From Trichosphaerium sp. ATCC 40318 (Eukaryota > Protista > Tubulinea), in contig JALMLS010000064.1 of assembly GCA_038496445.1 (NCBI GenBank), positions 620,001 to 684,000 of the forward strand: 64,000 bases of DNA, written 5' to 3'. Shown here in pieces: positions 10,833 through 23,578 of the stretch; position 1 is the first letter of the stretch, and every line of letters begins with the position of its first letter. The notes under the pieces are model-generated. The model was not told where the DNA came from. It worked only from the letters and a program-made list of their open reading frames with translations, and searched no databases. The position numbers and the translations under genes were made by a program.

Positions 10833-12901
10833 TTAATTTTTTGGTGGAGAACACAAGAAATTCAACACGAATTTAACTTCATCTTCAGTCCCTACGTGAG
10901 GTGCTGTAAGCTCTGGTAACATCGCTCTAAGCGCCTTAGCAGATAAATCTGTCAAATGACCATCAGGTGTCGTTGTAAACGACATTGCAAGACTGCCGCC
11001 TAAAACGAAAAAAGTCAAAAAAAATTATGCTTGATGCTTCAAAAGCTTTACCCATTAGAATGAATTCAATGCTCAACATGCACTCATCAGACCATTTTGT
11101 ATCTTTAAGTACACCAACAACTTCCTTTCCTGCTGATTTAATAAAAGCAGCTAGTTCTCCTTGTCCTAGATTCTTCTGAAGAGTCTTATCTGCTGACATT
11201 AATAATACTTCCTTTAGTTTTATTGTAGCATTCGGATCAACTTTCTCGTCATCCTCTGGTGGATAGAATCCTATTTATAACGTTAACATTAATATTCGTT
11301 ATGCTTATAAGATCACCTTGATCAGATTCATAGACTTCACCATCCATAGGGTTCAAGTAAGTGTCCTCATGCCAGAAAATTTCGAAATCAAGAGCAGTTT
11401 CAATATCAGCCTTAACACGGAGTCCTAGAAACCAAAATTAGTGAAATACAGTACTTATAAAATACCATATTGAATTACCTTTCTTTGTATGGAAGTATGA
11501 ACGCATAGCAGCCCAAGATTGGTCAGTTAACATGACAAAGAAGCCATCTTCATAAATGATTGTTTGGTCAGCTTTTTGACCAGGTACAAATCCAACAAAT
11601 GATCCAGCTAGTTGATCACCTTGGTACGTAGCATTAGAAACAATTTTTTATTTGCGTTCTAAGTACCTTCGCTGCCTGGAGGTTGTACAGATGGAATTTC
11701 GCCTTTTTTTGGGCGTTGGTTTGGCGTCCAAACCTTTATTACTCTGTTAGACAGTACTGCCTTAATTCTTACATTCAACGTACTAAGTGTCCATTTGCCG
11801 ATTGGTGGTTATATCCAGTTAAAAAGCACAAACTTGTCTAAGATAAAATAAGCAAAAGTTTTAGATAAAAAAACCGTTTAAAGCCACCTAAATACGTACT
11901 GAGGCTGGTGTCTTGCTGATAATATCTACGATCTCATCTACGCATGTCATAGATAGTCTAAGAGTAACTAGATTCGTTTTTGTTGCCAACCACGTGTGAG
12001 CCTGCAATAACCAACTTTAAAAAAAATAAAGAACAAAGGTATTCTAGTTAACATACACGTTGGAGTCGTAGTCGTGTTGCACGTGTTAATAAGCTACGTG
12101 ATACCAATTTATCTACATCTTGTCCAGCTACTATACTTTCTCTGTCACGATCTGACCATGTAGGGAAAGGATAATATCTTTAGTAGAGTGAGTCTTTATG
12201 GCTTGTATTTTTGATGACATTTTGCGTACTTTTGTTGCTGAGCGATCATTGCTAACAAACGAGACGTCCCATGTTCTTCTACTATCTTTACTTCATCTGC
12301 AAAGACTGCTATCGCTTGTAGAACCTGAACACCAGGGCCATCTGTACCTTTTTGTTACACGGTTAACAAACAACGAAACTGAAAAGTTTTTTCTTGTTGG
12401 CCACTATTGCTCACCTGGCATTGGGTCTGCGTTCACGTAAATAACCGCGCCAATTTGTTTTGTGAGGAATCCTGCTTCTCCAAAGCGCGTAGAATCACCT
12501 GTAGGATTGTTACATGCTTCACGTCCAAGTTGACAGACAAACTTACCAACATCTACAACTTTTCCAGCTTTTGCTAGCGTCAGGACCTCTGAGAACAATT
12601 GAATAACCTGTTTTGGGTAATCTGCGGCCTTTTCTGTGGTTTGACGTTTTAAAGTGAACGCAATCTCTTTTTGTTTGTGCTGTTTCAACCCTTAGGTATA
12701 TTAGCGTTTAATATGCGTATATTAATGACACCTTTGCTAAGAAACGTCCAACACTGTATTACGTCTCCACCAGATACAGGGTGATCATGCTGTGATAATA
12801 AGAATGCTGTTTATCATTATTTATCGTACCGCGTGTACTGAACATGTTACACCATCGGCAATCACCACATCAGAAGCAACAGTTTCCAACTTTGGCTCCA
12901 T
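10833..12901 (-). CDS. SARA/endofin C-terminal domain (DUF3480-like) protein without FYVE, multi-exon
   Basis: GLKQHKQKEIAFTLK, YYPFPTWSDRDRESI, and LAGSFVGFVPG...TIIYEDGFFVML resemble the ZFYVE9/16 C-terminal domain (recalled motifs, not searched). Confidence 0.6.
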
Positions 12902-13145
12902 AACGACTTGTACCAGCTGTTCAAAATTCGTAAAAGAAGTAGCTACCAAGGCCAATCTCAGACTTAACAAAGTTCAATGAAACATCCTTCACAATTTGGC
13001 CAAATTACCTTATCTTACCAACGCTTGACTAGCAATTGTAACTATTGGCGAAATTTGTTTCGACTCTGACAACCTACGACACTTACTTAACCGTGAAACT
13101 TGATTTCTATTTTTGCACTACTCTTTTTAACAAACGCTTCAAACA

Positions 13146-14655
13146 ATGAACATACCAGGTGTTTCAGTCGAGCAAGCAGTCACGTACTATCGTAACAGCC
13201 ACAAAGAAGAGTTCTGTAGAATAAGTACAAAACAACGCCAAGTGTTCATAAACCAACTGAAAAATATCTTAAACGTTGCAAACAAGAACCTTTTACAACA
13301 ACTCGACCAATACCTCTTCAAAAGTACTGGAACAGGCTCTACCTTGGCGAAACAGCCCACAATGGATTCTATTGCAGTAGAGTCATCCAAAAACAAGCCC
13401 ATGACGCAACCTGAGGATATATCGCTTCCAAAACACAAGCAAATGAGAAAGTACGGCTAATTCAGGAAGAAGATATGTTTATTAACAATAACACAGGACA
13501 GAGTTGAGTCCACACAAGGTAGTTAACATCATCAATTTTCCACCAGAAGTGATATCTACAATTCTAAGTCATACAGAAGCGAAATCAAGATTCGCTGTTG
13601 CTCAATCATGTCGTTTGATGGCTGATATCATCCATGACGTTGTTGGATATCAAAGAGTGTATATTTATGATATTCCAGACATTCTAAAGATCAGACAGTA
13701 CAATGGTATCATGAACAACAGTGTCATTGTTATGAATGTTCAAAATAATACTTTGTATTCATTGTTATCTGGTTGTAGATACATTGATACTTCATTCAAA
13801 AGAAACCCAAAGCTGTATAATGTAAAATGTGGAGTTATCAATGATTGTGATCTGAAATCACTTGCAGGAGTACATTCTATTTGTCTTTATCGTTGTACTT
13901 CAATTACAGATGAAGGTATCAAGGCATTGAAAGGTGTACATAAAATTGATCTTACATACACATTGGTGGCTGATAACGGACTCAAAGCACTTGCAGGTGT
14001 TCATACTATTGACCTACGCAATTGTATGAATATTACTGATGAAGGTATCAAGTCGTTAAAGGGTGTTCATACTATTAATCTCACTTATACTCCAGTGACA
14101 GATGAAGGTGTAAAAGAACTGGAAGGAGTTCATACTATTTATCTTGATAGAACTGCAGTGACAGATGAAGGTATCAAAGCATTAAAAGGTGCTCATACTG
14201 TTTTTCTTAAAACGACTTCGGTTACAGATGAAGGTATCAAGTGCTTAAAGGGCGTTCACACTATTCACCTTGGTGGTACATCAGTGACAGACAAAGGAGT
14301 CAAAGTACTTGCAGGTGTCCACGCCATTGATCTTGCTCGTACTTTAGTAACAGATGAAGGTATTAAAGCACTTGCAGGTGTCCATGCTATTAATCTTGAC
14401 AGTACATCAGTGACAGATGAAGGTGTCAAAGCATTATCAGGTGTTCATACAATTGGTCTTAAAAACTGTGACCAAATTACAGATGAAGCTATTTTGTCAT
14501 TGAAAGGCCTTCATGCTGTTGAAAAATGTAGATTTGCTCCTTTTGATGATTATGAGACTGCTGACGGTTGTTTCCATGCTTATTGTGTTGATTACCTGGA
14601 CTATCTTATTGAATACTCTTTGGGTCAGTACCATAAAGGTATACCTTATCTATAG
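13146..14655 (+). CDS. F-box + LRR protein (copy B); ORFs 13146-13460 and 13504-14655 are one spliced gene
   Basis: A 46-nt GT-AG intron 13451-13496 gives the in-frame join MRK|TELSPHKVVNIINFPPE. Highly similar to copy A at 3929-5433. Confidence 0.88.
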
Positions 14656-14808
14656 GTAATGAATGCACTTTGCTTTTAAAGTAATACAGCTTGTTATTAA
14701 AACATGTGTATACTTACCTTAAAAGGAGGCGAAAAACTAATTTGGTGTACTTTCAAATAATACTTCATTTTATTTGTAAAAGTGGCTATTGTATACGCGT
14801 TTTATCTC

Positions 14809-17437
14809 CTAATTATCATCCAATTCCATAGGGCTTAATTCAATTCTTAATAGAGAATAATCAATTTCCTGACCGTTGGCATCCACCATTGAGAGATGTA
14901 GCAACACCTAGGAATGAGAATGTACAATAGTCTTCTCCCCTAGCTTCAATTTCACTTGGCTCTGGATAATGCGACTGTTGGAATGTGTCTCTTCTCTAAC
15001 TTTACCATCAGGTTCCCACTGTGTTCTTTGCCCGTCGAGCTTGCCATTGACATAATTACATACTGAAGATTGAATACCATTTTCATACCATTTTAGCCGT
15101 TCTCCGTGACATTTGCTATTTACAGAGTAACCTTTTTCCTTCAATTGGCCATTTTTGTACCACCTTTTATACTGTCCATTCATCTTGTTATCGACGTATG
15201 TTGTTTGTACCCAGAGTTGACCGTTTTCATACCATTTCTTGTACAATCCATTACGCTTATTACTGCTGTAGCTGAGCTGCTCTTTTAATTGGCCATGTTC
15301 ATACCAACACTTGTATCTTCCGTGTTGTTTACCATTTGCAAAATGGCTTTGCTCTCAACTGTCCGTTTCCATACCAGCGCTTGCATTCTCCGTGTTGGTT
15401 ACCATTTGCAAAATGGCTTTGCTCTTCCATTTGGCCATCGCAATACCAACTTTTATCTACTCCTTCTATTTTACCATTTATATAGTGGCTTTGCTGCGCC
15501 AGTTGGCCAGTAGCGGGGAACCAAGACTTGTACTCCCCATGCCATACACCTTGTTGAAACGTAAATTGGACTTCTAGTTTTCCATTATTATAACGCTTGT
15601 ATTCTCCGTTACGTTTGTCTTCCTTGTAACAATATTCCTCGCTCAAAGTGCCATCTTCATTCCAAATCGTGTACTCTCCATTACGCTTACCATTGACATA
15701 CTCGATTTTCATGTTTAAGTTTCCGTTTTCATACCAACACTTGTATTCTCCATGTTCTTCTCCATCAGCATAATAGCTTTGCTCTCTCAACTGTCCGCTT
15801 TCATACCAATGCTCGTATTTTCCTTCTCGCTTGCCATTTGTGTACATGCTTTCCTCATCCTTTTGCCCATTGTAATACCAACTCTTGTACTCCCCGTACT
15901 TTACACCATTGGAGACTCTATATAGCTCCTGAATATGGCCGTCAAGCCAAGTTTTGCATTCGTAAATATCATCGAACAAACGATAGCAATGCTCACGTTT
16001 CTGGCCATCAGCAAACCAAATCATGTATTCTCCTTTCCGTTCTCCATTTTCATAGGTACTGTCCTCGTTGAGTTGTCCGTTGTCATACCAAGACTGATAC
16101 TTTCCATGCAGCTTGCCGTTGTCAAAAGTACCACGCTCCTGTTGCTGGCCATTGGCATGCCAACTGGAGAATTCACCTTCTTCTTTATCATTAAAGAACA
16201 GATAATGGCTCTCTAATTGACCATTGGAGTGCCACTGTTTTCTTTCCCCTTTCCGTTCTCCATTTTCATAGGTATTATCCTCGTTGAGTTGTCCGTTGTC
16301 ATACCAAGACTGATACTTTCCATGTAATTTGCCGTTGTCGAAAGTACCACGCTGCTGTTGCTGGCCATTGAAGTGCCAGACGAGGAATTCACCTTCTTCT
16401 CTATCATTTAAGAACAGATAATGGCTCTTTAATTGACCATTGGAATGCCACTGTTTACTTTCCCCGTTTCGTTCGTCATTTTTGTAATAGCAACAAAATT
16501 CAAGTTGCCCATTGTCATGCCAGACCTTGTACTCTCCTTCAATCTTGTTATTGATGTATTTATACAGCACCTTCACTGCCCCGTTCTGATACCAAGACTT
16601 GCATTCGCCTTCACGTTTACCATCGACCCAAATACATTGTCCCATCAATTGGCCATTCTCATACCAACTTTTACACTCTCCTTGGTTGCCTTCATCATCG
16701 TAATGAGACTGGTCACTCAATTGTCCATTCTCGTACCAACTTTTGAACTCCCCGTTGCGTTTGCCGACAACATAAGCGCCGCTCTGTTTCAACGTGCCAT
16801 TGCAATGCCACTTCTTACGGGTTCCGTGAAGTAGCCCTTCACTCCAAAACGCAACTTGTAGTATAGGCTTTGGATTTATGATTGAATTATCATTTTTGTT
16901 ACGAAGGTTGAAGCGTTTCCATTTACCACATTTCCTCAAGTCATCATCAAATCTGGTATTCTTCGCTGCCTTTTTTGACAAGAGCGGCCATACGAGATAA
17001 ACTTCGTGGTCTAAATCAGTAATAGCCAGTTGCAACTCGGCTGGAAGATTGAGTAAGTGACGTAGTTCCCCATTCGCGTAATATTGAGTTTCTTTAATTT
17101 CCGTTGTTGCGATTTTATTATCAATCACTTTCAATAGTTTGTGTTTGACCCACTTCTCGCTTTTCCTTAGCTTGTCGTCAAACCTGGTTGCTATTGCGGC
17201 GGTTTTACAAAGCAACGGCCATTTTAAATACGGTTCGGCGTCCAGAGCGATAATGTTCAGTTGCACTTCTGACGCTAGTCCCAATAGCTGCTTCTGTTCG
17301 TGAAGGTATACCCCGTAAGTGGTTTTGGCCTATTTATCGTTTGATTAGAACAAAACAAAGCAAGCGAAAAGTGATAGAGTTATTTAGCGTACTCTTTTCG
17401 TAGGAGGTCCAATGTCTTTAGAATGTTTGCGTCTCAT
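14809..17437 (-). pseudogene. Double F-box-like + long MORN-variant repeat gene (copy B), frameshifted near 15352 (pseudogene or sequencing error)
   Basis: Exon 1 17437-17393 (MRRKHSKDIGPPTKR), 63-nt intron 17392-17330, ORF to 15329. The MORN repeats continue in another frame into ORF 14908-15246. A possible last intron extends the gene to the stop at 14809. Confidence 0.75.
16032..16463. repeat. Recent 216-nt (72-aa, three-MORN-unit) tandem duplication
   Basis: CCTTTCCGTTCTCCATTTTCATAGGTA starts at 16032 and again at 16248. The protein shows RGTFDNGKLHGKYQSWYDNGQLNED twice. Confidence 0.9.
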
Positions 17438-17888
17438 AGGTTTCAAGAGGTGTTGCGATGGTAGTAGGGTTAAGTAGAAATAGCAACTTATCAAGGTTGT
17501 CAATCAATCAGGATTTCCGTTAAAACAGGAACAGCTTTGACTTCTATTTTTCTTGAAGTTGGCATTCTGAGATGTATAATGTCTCACTACCAAAAACAGC
17601 GTACATATACAGTGACTGGCCTCGGGTGCTTACTTGCGCGTAGAAAGCGAGACTTAGAGTATTTACAAGGTTGTTTGTGGAGCTAGGGTGAAATTGACAA
17701 TCGAAAATTTTATTGGCTTTTATTTACAATACAGTGCTGTTTTATCATTCTGAGCGCCGCTGAGTCCACGCTGATGTTACAGGCAAGGGAAGAAAAACAA
17801 ATAATTTGCCTGAAAAGCTGTGCGGTTTTTGGTTGTCAGATGCCGCACAGTTGTTGAGGAAGCTGTTTAGGCAAAGCACTCTATCACG

Positions 17889-20262
17889 ATGCTACCTACT
17901 CATCGGCCTTACAAAAGCCGGTCAAGTACGTTGTGCTACGTGTTAATATTTTTTTAATTCATTAGGCGGCGGTTTTACGCTTGGGCGTAAGATGCGCATG
18001 TTATTGTTCGTCATTTTACTCATTAATTTATGGGTGTTCCTTAATTGGGCGTTTGCCACTCTAGAACCGGGTAGACACGTACGGTAGTATCAATAGCGTA
18101 ATTTTTAATAACTTTCTACAAGCATGTAACAAACCCACTTCACAAACCGCCAGAAACAGCGGTAACTAGCCAAAGCGCTAAACCGACCAAAGACACGGTA
18201 GTTGAGACTATTCAAAGTACATTTACTTTTGACACATGTTCGATGTTTATTCTTTCTAGATACAGACGTACCTAAAGCAAGTCCGAAGCCAACTAAAACT
18301 GCCAAAAAAGAAGACGACCCCGAAATAAAAAAAAGGCAACAAGCTGTTAAAGCTGTACGTACTAGCGAGTTACATGTTTCTTATGGCCTTGTTATCAGGC
18401 GTTTCTACATGCGTGGAGAGGATACGAACGGTATGCATGGGGTCACGATGAGCTACGACCTGTGCGTGTCATTATTTTGTTAACAATAGCATAAAGTTGC
18501 TTTGTTGATTTTTTTTTTTTGCAAATAGGTTTCCAACAGTTATAATGACAATTGGGGTGGCCTTGGTGTCACAATAATAGATGCGTTGGATACGTACGTT
18601 ATCAATTATTATCTATATTACCTAAGCAACCCCGTAGCATTATTGTCATGGGCCTTGACGATGTTTACGAAAAGGCAAAAGAATTTGTTGCTGGTGTCAA
18701 CTTTTATAAGGTAGCAATAAAAATATCGAATATTTTGATCAAGTGTGCTTATTTATGCTATTAGAATTATGGCGCTTCTACATTCGAAACTACTATAAGA
18801 GTATTAGGAGGTCTCCTTGGAGCATACTCGCTCTCAGAAGAACCAATGTTTTTAACTAAAGCAAAGGTACTCTTATCAATTTGCTAAAAAATTATTCTGA
18901 AAAAATGTTAAGGAAATTGCTGATCGCTTAGCTCCTGCTTTTCGTTCTCCTTCTGGTGTACCTTATGCCACAGTAAACTTAAAAAGGTGTGTTATTGAGA
19001 CTCTAGAAAATATCTTTTGGCGTTAATGTACACGTAGTGGCAAGGCTTGGAATCCTGCATGGAATTCAAATAATGCTTTTTTGGCAGAATTTGGTAGTAT
19101 TGGTTTAGAATGGAGATACTTGGCTCATTGTACAGGAGAGAAAAAATATGCTGATCTTGTGAACAGTATAAATGATGCTATATTTGAAGCATCTAAGGAT
19201 ACACATTTTGATGGAGTTTTACCTGTTCAATTTAATGTTGAACAGAAACGATTTGTTGGAAGTACGTTTTGGACTTTTTTTTTGTAAATTTTCAGTTGTT
19301 GTATTCGATTGTGGTCTTGTATTTGCTGTGTTTATTGTGTCCTTATGATTTTCTATTAGGTCAGTTAAAGCTTGGCGCTAGAGGAGACTCTTTTTATGAA
19401 TTACTATTGAAGCAATGGTTGCAAACTTCAAAGACTGAAGATAACTTGAAAACAATGTATGATAATTTTATTGTTGGTCTACAAAAACGTTTGATTTTAA
19501 CAAACAAACCAACAAATCTTACATATGTTGTTGAACAAAATAATGGGCGTTATGTGCGAGAAATGGACCACTTGGTACGGCCAGCTCTTCAAAAAATCAA
19601 ACTGAAGAAAAACTAACGCTCTTTTTGAAAAGGTATGCTTTCTACCTGGTGTACTCGCTCTCAGCAAAGACCCTGCCATTCTGCCACTAGCCAAAGAACT
19701 GATGTATACGTGCTATCAGTTTTACGCAATGAATCCTACAGGTAAATGACTAGAGTGGTTTTGAAATCATTTTCTTTTCTTTTCAAGTTTACACGCTTAC
19801 ACGCTTTGTGTTTAAGGTATTGCGCCTGAGATTGCAGGATTTAATGAACGTAAGGGTTATCATAACCAAGCACCACATTACTTGCTTAGACCTGAAACTG
19901 TTGAAAGTCTCTTTGTTATGTGGCGTATTACTAAAGACGTAAAATACCGTGAGTGGGGATGGAAGATTTTTCAGGTTAGTTTTTAGGATCTTTTGGGTTT
20001 TTTTTCATTTCTAGTACAACCTTGTTCTTATTTAAATACCTAGGCTATCGAGAAAGAATGTAAGACACCAGCTGGTTACTCTGGCATTAAGGATGTTGGC
20101 AGAGTAGGGTCACCAAAAGATGACACGATGCAAAGTTTTTTCTTCGCCGAAACGTTAAAGTATTTATATCTACTATTTAGTGGAGATGATTTGGTTCCTT
20201 TAGATCAGTACGTTTTTAATACAGAAGCTCATCCTACAAAAATTTTTAAACCGTCGTCATAA
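17889..20262 (+). CDS. MNS1: Class I alpha-1,2-mannosidase (GH47), multi-exon
   Basis: N-terminal type II TM segment; [84 protein letters not shown]. Confidence 0.93.
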
Positions 20263-20417
20263 ATACACCTCGCGGGTTAACTTGTAATAAACAATAAAAA
20301 CAAACAAGAGTAGAATAGTCGAATGGTTTTTTTCTGAACGTGAGATCTCACCAAAGCTTAACAGCAACTGTCAACTTAGTCTCATTTGAAGCGTTACACG
20401 CAGTATAATAACACGCA

Positions 20418-21807
20418 ATGGAGTATAGTGGTAATGGTTTATCATCTACAAATGTTCTTGACAGGAAACCTACAAATACCCAAAAGGTACTATCGGGTCA
20501 CCCTTGTGGTATCTAGTCTTCATTTACAACGTAGTTTTGTGGTATGCTGCGAAAGGGGAAAGACGGAAAAAATTTTGGGCCACCCATGTTCTGGGAGGTG
20601 CTGGGCAGCAAAAAAGGTATCTAAACGTGCGTTTTAACGGTATTAAAACATTACTCAGGTGACAAAACAATGAAGTGTTACAAAACAGAACAGGACAAAG
20701 ACAAGGTCATTGATTCTGTCGATTTAAGGTAACTTGATTGCAGTACATGCTTTTGGAGTAATTAAGAGAACTACAGAGGTATAACGGCATTGCAAATACG
20801 TGAGTGTAGAGCGTCAACAGTAGACGTACGCGACAGAAAAGATTGTATTGCATTTAAACGTCATTAGGGCAAATTTGGCTTTACAATCATAAAAGATAAA
20901 AAAACTAACTGGTGCTTCCAATGTAATACGTTACCTGGGCGTACGTACTGGATAGATAAACTTCGGTATAACTTTCAATAAAACCAAGTCACGTGCGGAT
21001 TTTGACGTTTTCTTTAGTGAGAGATGTGATCCGAATGGCGCACAGAGGATAAATCAACCAGAGGGCACTTGGGGCAATCTGTATCACCGTTAAACGTTTT
21101 TTTTTTGAAGAATTTTTGACATGATTGAATGAAAAATCCTTAACATTTTAGACCTACTAGCACTGTTACAGCGCCAAAGAAGGGAAAATCAGATAAAAAT
21201 CTTATAAAACAAGGCAAGAAAATGAAGGAAGAAATCCAAAAACTGGCATCTACTCTAATGGTAAGCTTGCTTCTCTTTTTGAACTTGTATACCTACTTAA
21301 CCTTTTTTCAATGCCAGCCAAAGGTGAAAAAATTAAAAGCAACAAAAATAAAGACAACAGAAGACGCAAAGAAGATTGGTATTCTAGTAAAGAGAGCACA
21401 ACCAGTAAGTCATATTCTTAGTTAGTTCTTTGTTCTAACAATCCTTTTTTTTTGATAGCATTTACATGCTATTCCGGATTCTCTAAAACAAACAAAACCA
21501 AAGCTTATTCCAGAAAATTCTAAGAAAGAAGCGAAGAGCCCACGAGTAAGAATGGAACGTATTATAAGGAATGTATTGACTGAGATTATTGCATTACTTG
21601 GAGATATACAAAAATGGGTAAAGTCAAAAGACTTGAAAAGAGGTACAGTAGAATCTACGCTTGGAGCGCTGAGAGGACTGAGTACAATATTTGTTTGATA
21701 CAACCAAAACATCGAAAAACCCCTTGTAAATAAACTTCAGAAGAGAATCCAATTTGTCAGTTACGCTTTCATTAATCACGTGATTAAGTGCCTTAAAATC
21801 ACTATAA
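20418..21807 (+). CDS. PH-domain protein with helical C-terminus, multi-exon
   Basis: FCGMLRKGK...MKCYKTEQD...SVDL...FGFTII...WCFQC......WIDKLR is a PH-domain pattern. Confidence 0.55.
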
Positions 21808-21948
21808 ATTGCATTTTTGCTAGTATTTTGCATTACTAATAGTACCAGTCACCAGTGCGTTAAGTAGTGTCACCTGGTTTTCAAGAGTTGTTTATTTACA
21901 AGTATTGTACAAAAATTGGTTGCCGTGGGAATTAAAAAAATGTTGTAA

Positions 21949-23273
21949 TCACCAGCTTATAAAATACTGTCTGTATGAGTCCCTATTATTAATGTGCCCT
22001 GTGGTGTTGTTTCCATTTCTATTACCATTCCTCAAAGGCACGCTGAAGCTGTCTGGTTTGTCATTCAGTCTTACTGTCAATCCAAGATCTTTCAACCTTG
22101 CCAATAATATATCAGCATTGCGTGCCTTATCAAACTTTGCATCATGAAAATAAAGCGTTGAACTATTTTTAGGTGTGTAGATATCATACTGTGGGTAGTC
22201 TCTTTTCAGTCTATCAACTGCTTGAGTTCCTACGAATACAATCTATACGTCTATCAGTCAGGATATTTATGTTTTAACAGAGAAGTCGATTTTGTGCAAG
22301 TTTTTTCTGTTCAAAACTGAAATTAAAAAAAAGCAAGAAAAGTAAAAACAAATAGAAAAAAGAGTATTACCCTAGCCATATCGGAACCACAAGTTGCACG
22401 CTCCTTTAAAAATTCGCATGCTTGTTCTACAAATTTATCCACCTCTTTTGATGTCAGTGGAGCGTTTGATAACTCTGACAACTGATGTGCAAAACTTTCC
22501 CACTTCCAAGCGCTATCAGGAACTTCAACACCTAAACAATCAATTTAGTTTCCAGGAAAGAAACAAGAAAGAAGTCCTGACGTACCCCAGAAATCTAATT
22601 CCTCTTGTAGTGCTTGTTTGCTAGCATCTTTAGGCATAAATAATTGACCAGTATTCAGAAACTCAGCGATGATACCAAAATAGAATGGATCTCTTTTAAA
22701 TGTTTGTGATGATGGATTCCACCTTCCAGAACAAACAGCAAAAAGTGGTGAGTTTTTAAGACTTCCTGCCAGTATCCTTGATTTACGTAGTGTAAACTCT
22801 TGTACGATGCCAACGTTTACTTTAAGTACTTCGTCTTCTGAGGAACTACCCGTGCTTGTCACCACTTTCTTCTGTTCAGGACTTACACTCTTTTTTGAAA
22901 TCATATCTTTTGTTGACAATACCTTTCTTGCCTCTTCTTTTTTGGTATTGATTCTTCTGTTCGACATTACAAAATTCGTCTCTTCTTCATCTGATGAACT
23001 GTCTATTGAGCCAAATATACCTGAAAAACCGTATTCTTCGTCATCAGTTTTATTCTGTTGTGACATTTGAAGATTTGCCTCTTCTTCATCTGATGAACTT
23101 TCTATGGAGCCAAACATGCCTGAAAAGCCGTATTCGTTTTCACCGTTTTTTTTTTGTTGTGTGGACGGCTCTTGAGCTGTTTCTGTTTCGTCGAGCTCGA
23201 AAACTTCTATAAACTCTGCCATTTCATCGTATGATTGCTCTTGAAAAAGTTTGAAGAGATTGTATGTTGCCAT
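21949..23273 (-). CDS. BTB/POZ (KCTD/T1-type) domain protein
   Basis: LKVNVGIVQEFTL...FKRDPFYFGIIAEFLNTGQL...LQEELDFWG; acidic N-terminus; spliced C-terminus ends FISW*. Confidence 0.75.
22981..23140. repeat. 99-nt (33-aa) coding tandem duplication, EYGFSG.FGSI.SSSDEEE
   Basis: TCTTCTTCATCTGATGAACT...CCGTATTC starts at 22981 and again at 23080. Confidence 0.85.
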
Positions 23274-23578
23274 TTGGATAATTGTGAGAATTAATGAACC
23301 GAACTGTTCTAAATCAGATTACGACAAATGGAAATTTCGCTTCTTTTTCAAAATGGAAACGTTCTACCAACGAGCCTTGAAGATTAACTGAAGACAAACC
23401 ATTTAAAGCAACTGACCAATATAATATAACAGCTGCAAGTCAGTGCTACAAGGATTTTGCGATGGCTACGCCTTCAAAACAAGCGAGCGATCAGTGGGTC
23501 AAGATTTTCGAAACTTAGAGCTTTTTTCTACGCCAGTCAAACGTGAATTACAAAACAGGCGGTAAATTAGTTGACAAC

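Noticed and set aside
2880-17520. Giant transposon or endogenous virus with terminal inverted repeats
   Set aside because: The arms are diverged intron-containing genes. No transposase, integrase, capsid, polB or packaging ATPase is present, and no TSD was seen.
17495-17840. TGACA/TGTCA motifs upstream of several genes
   Set aside because: A 5-mer expected often by chance in AT-rich DNA; enrichment cannot be shown without counting.
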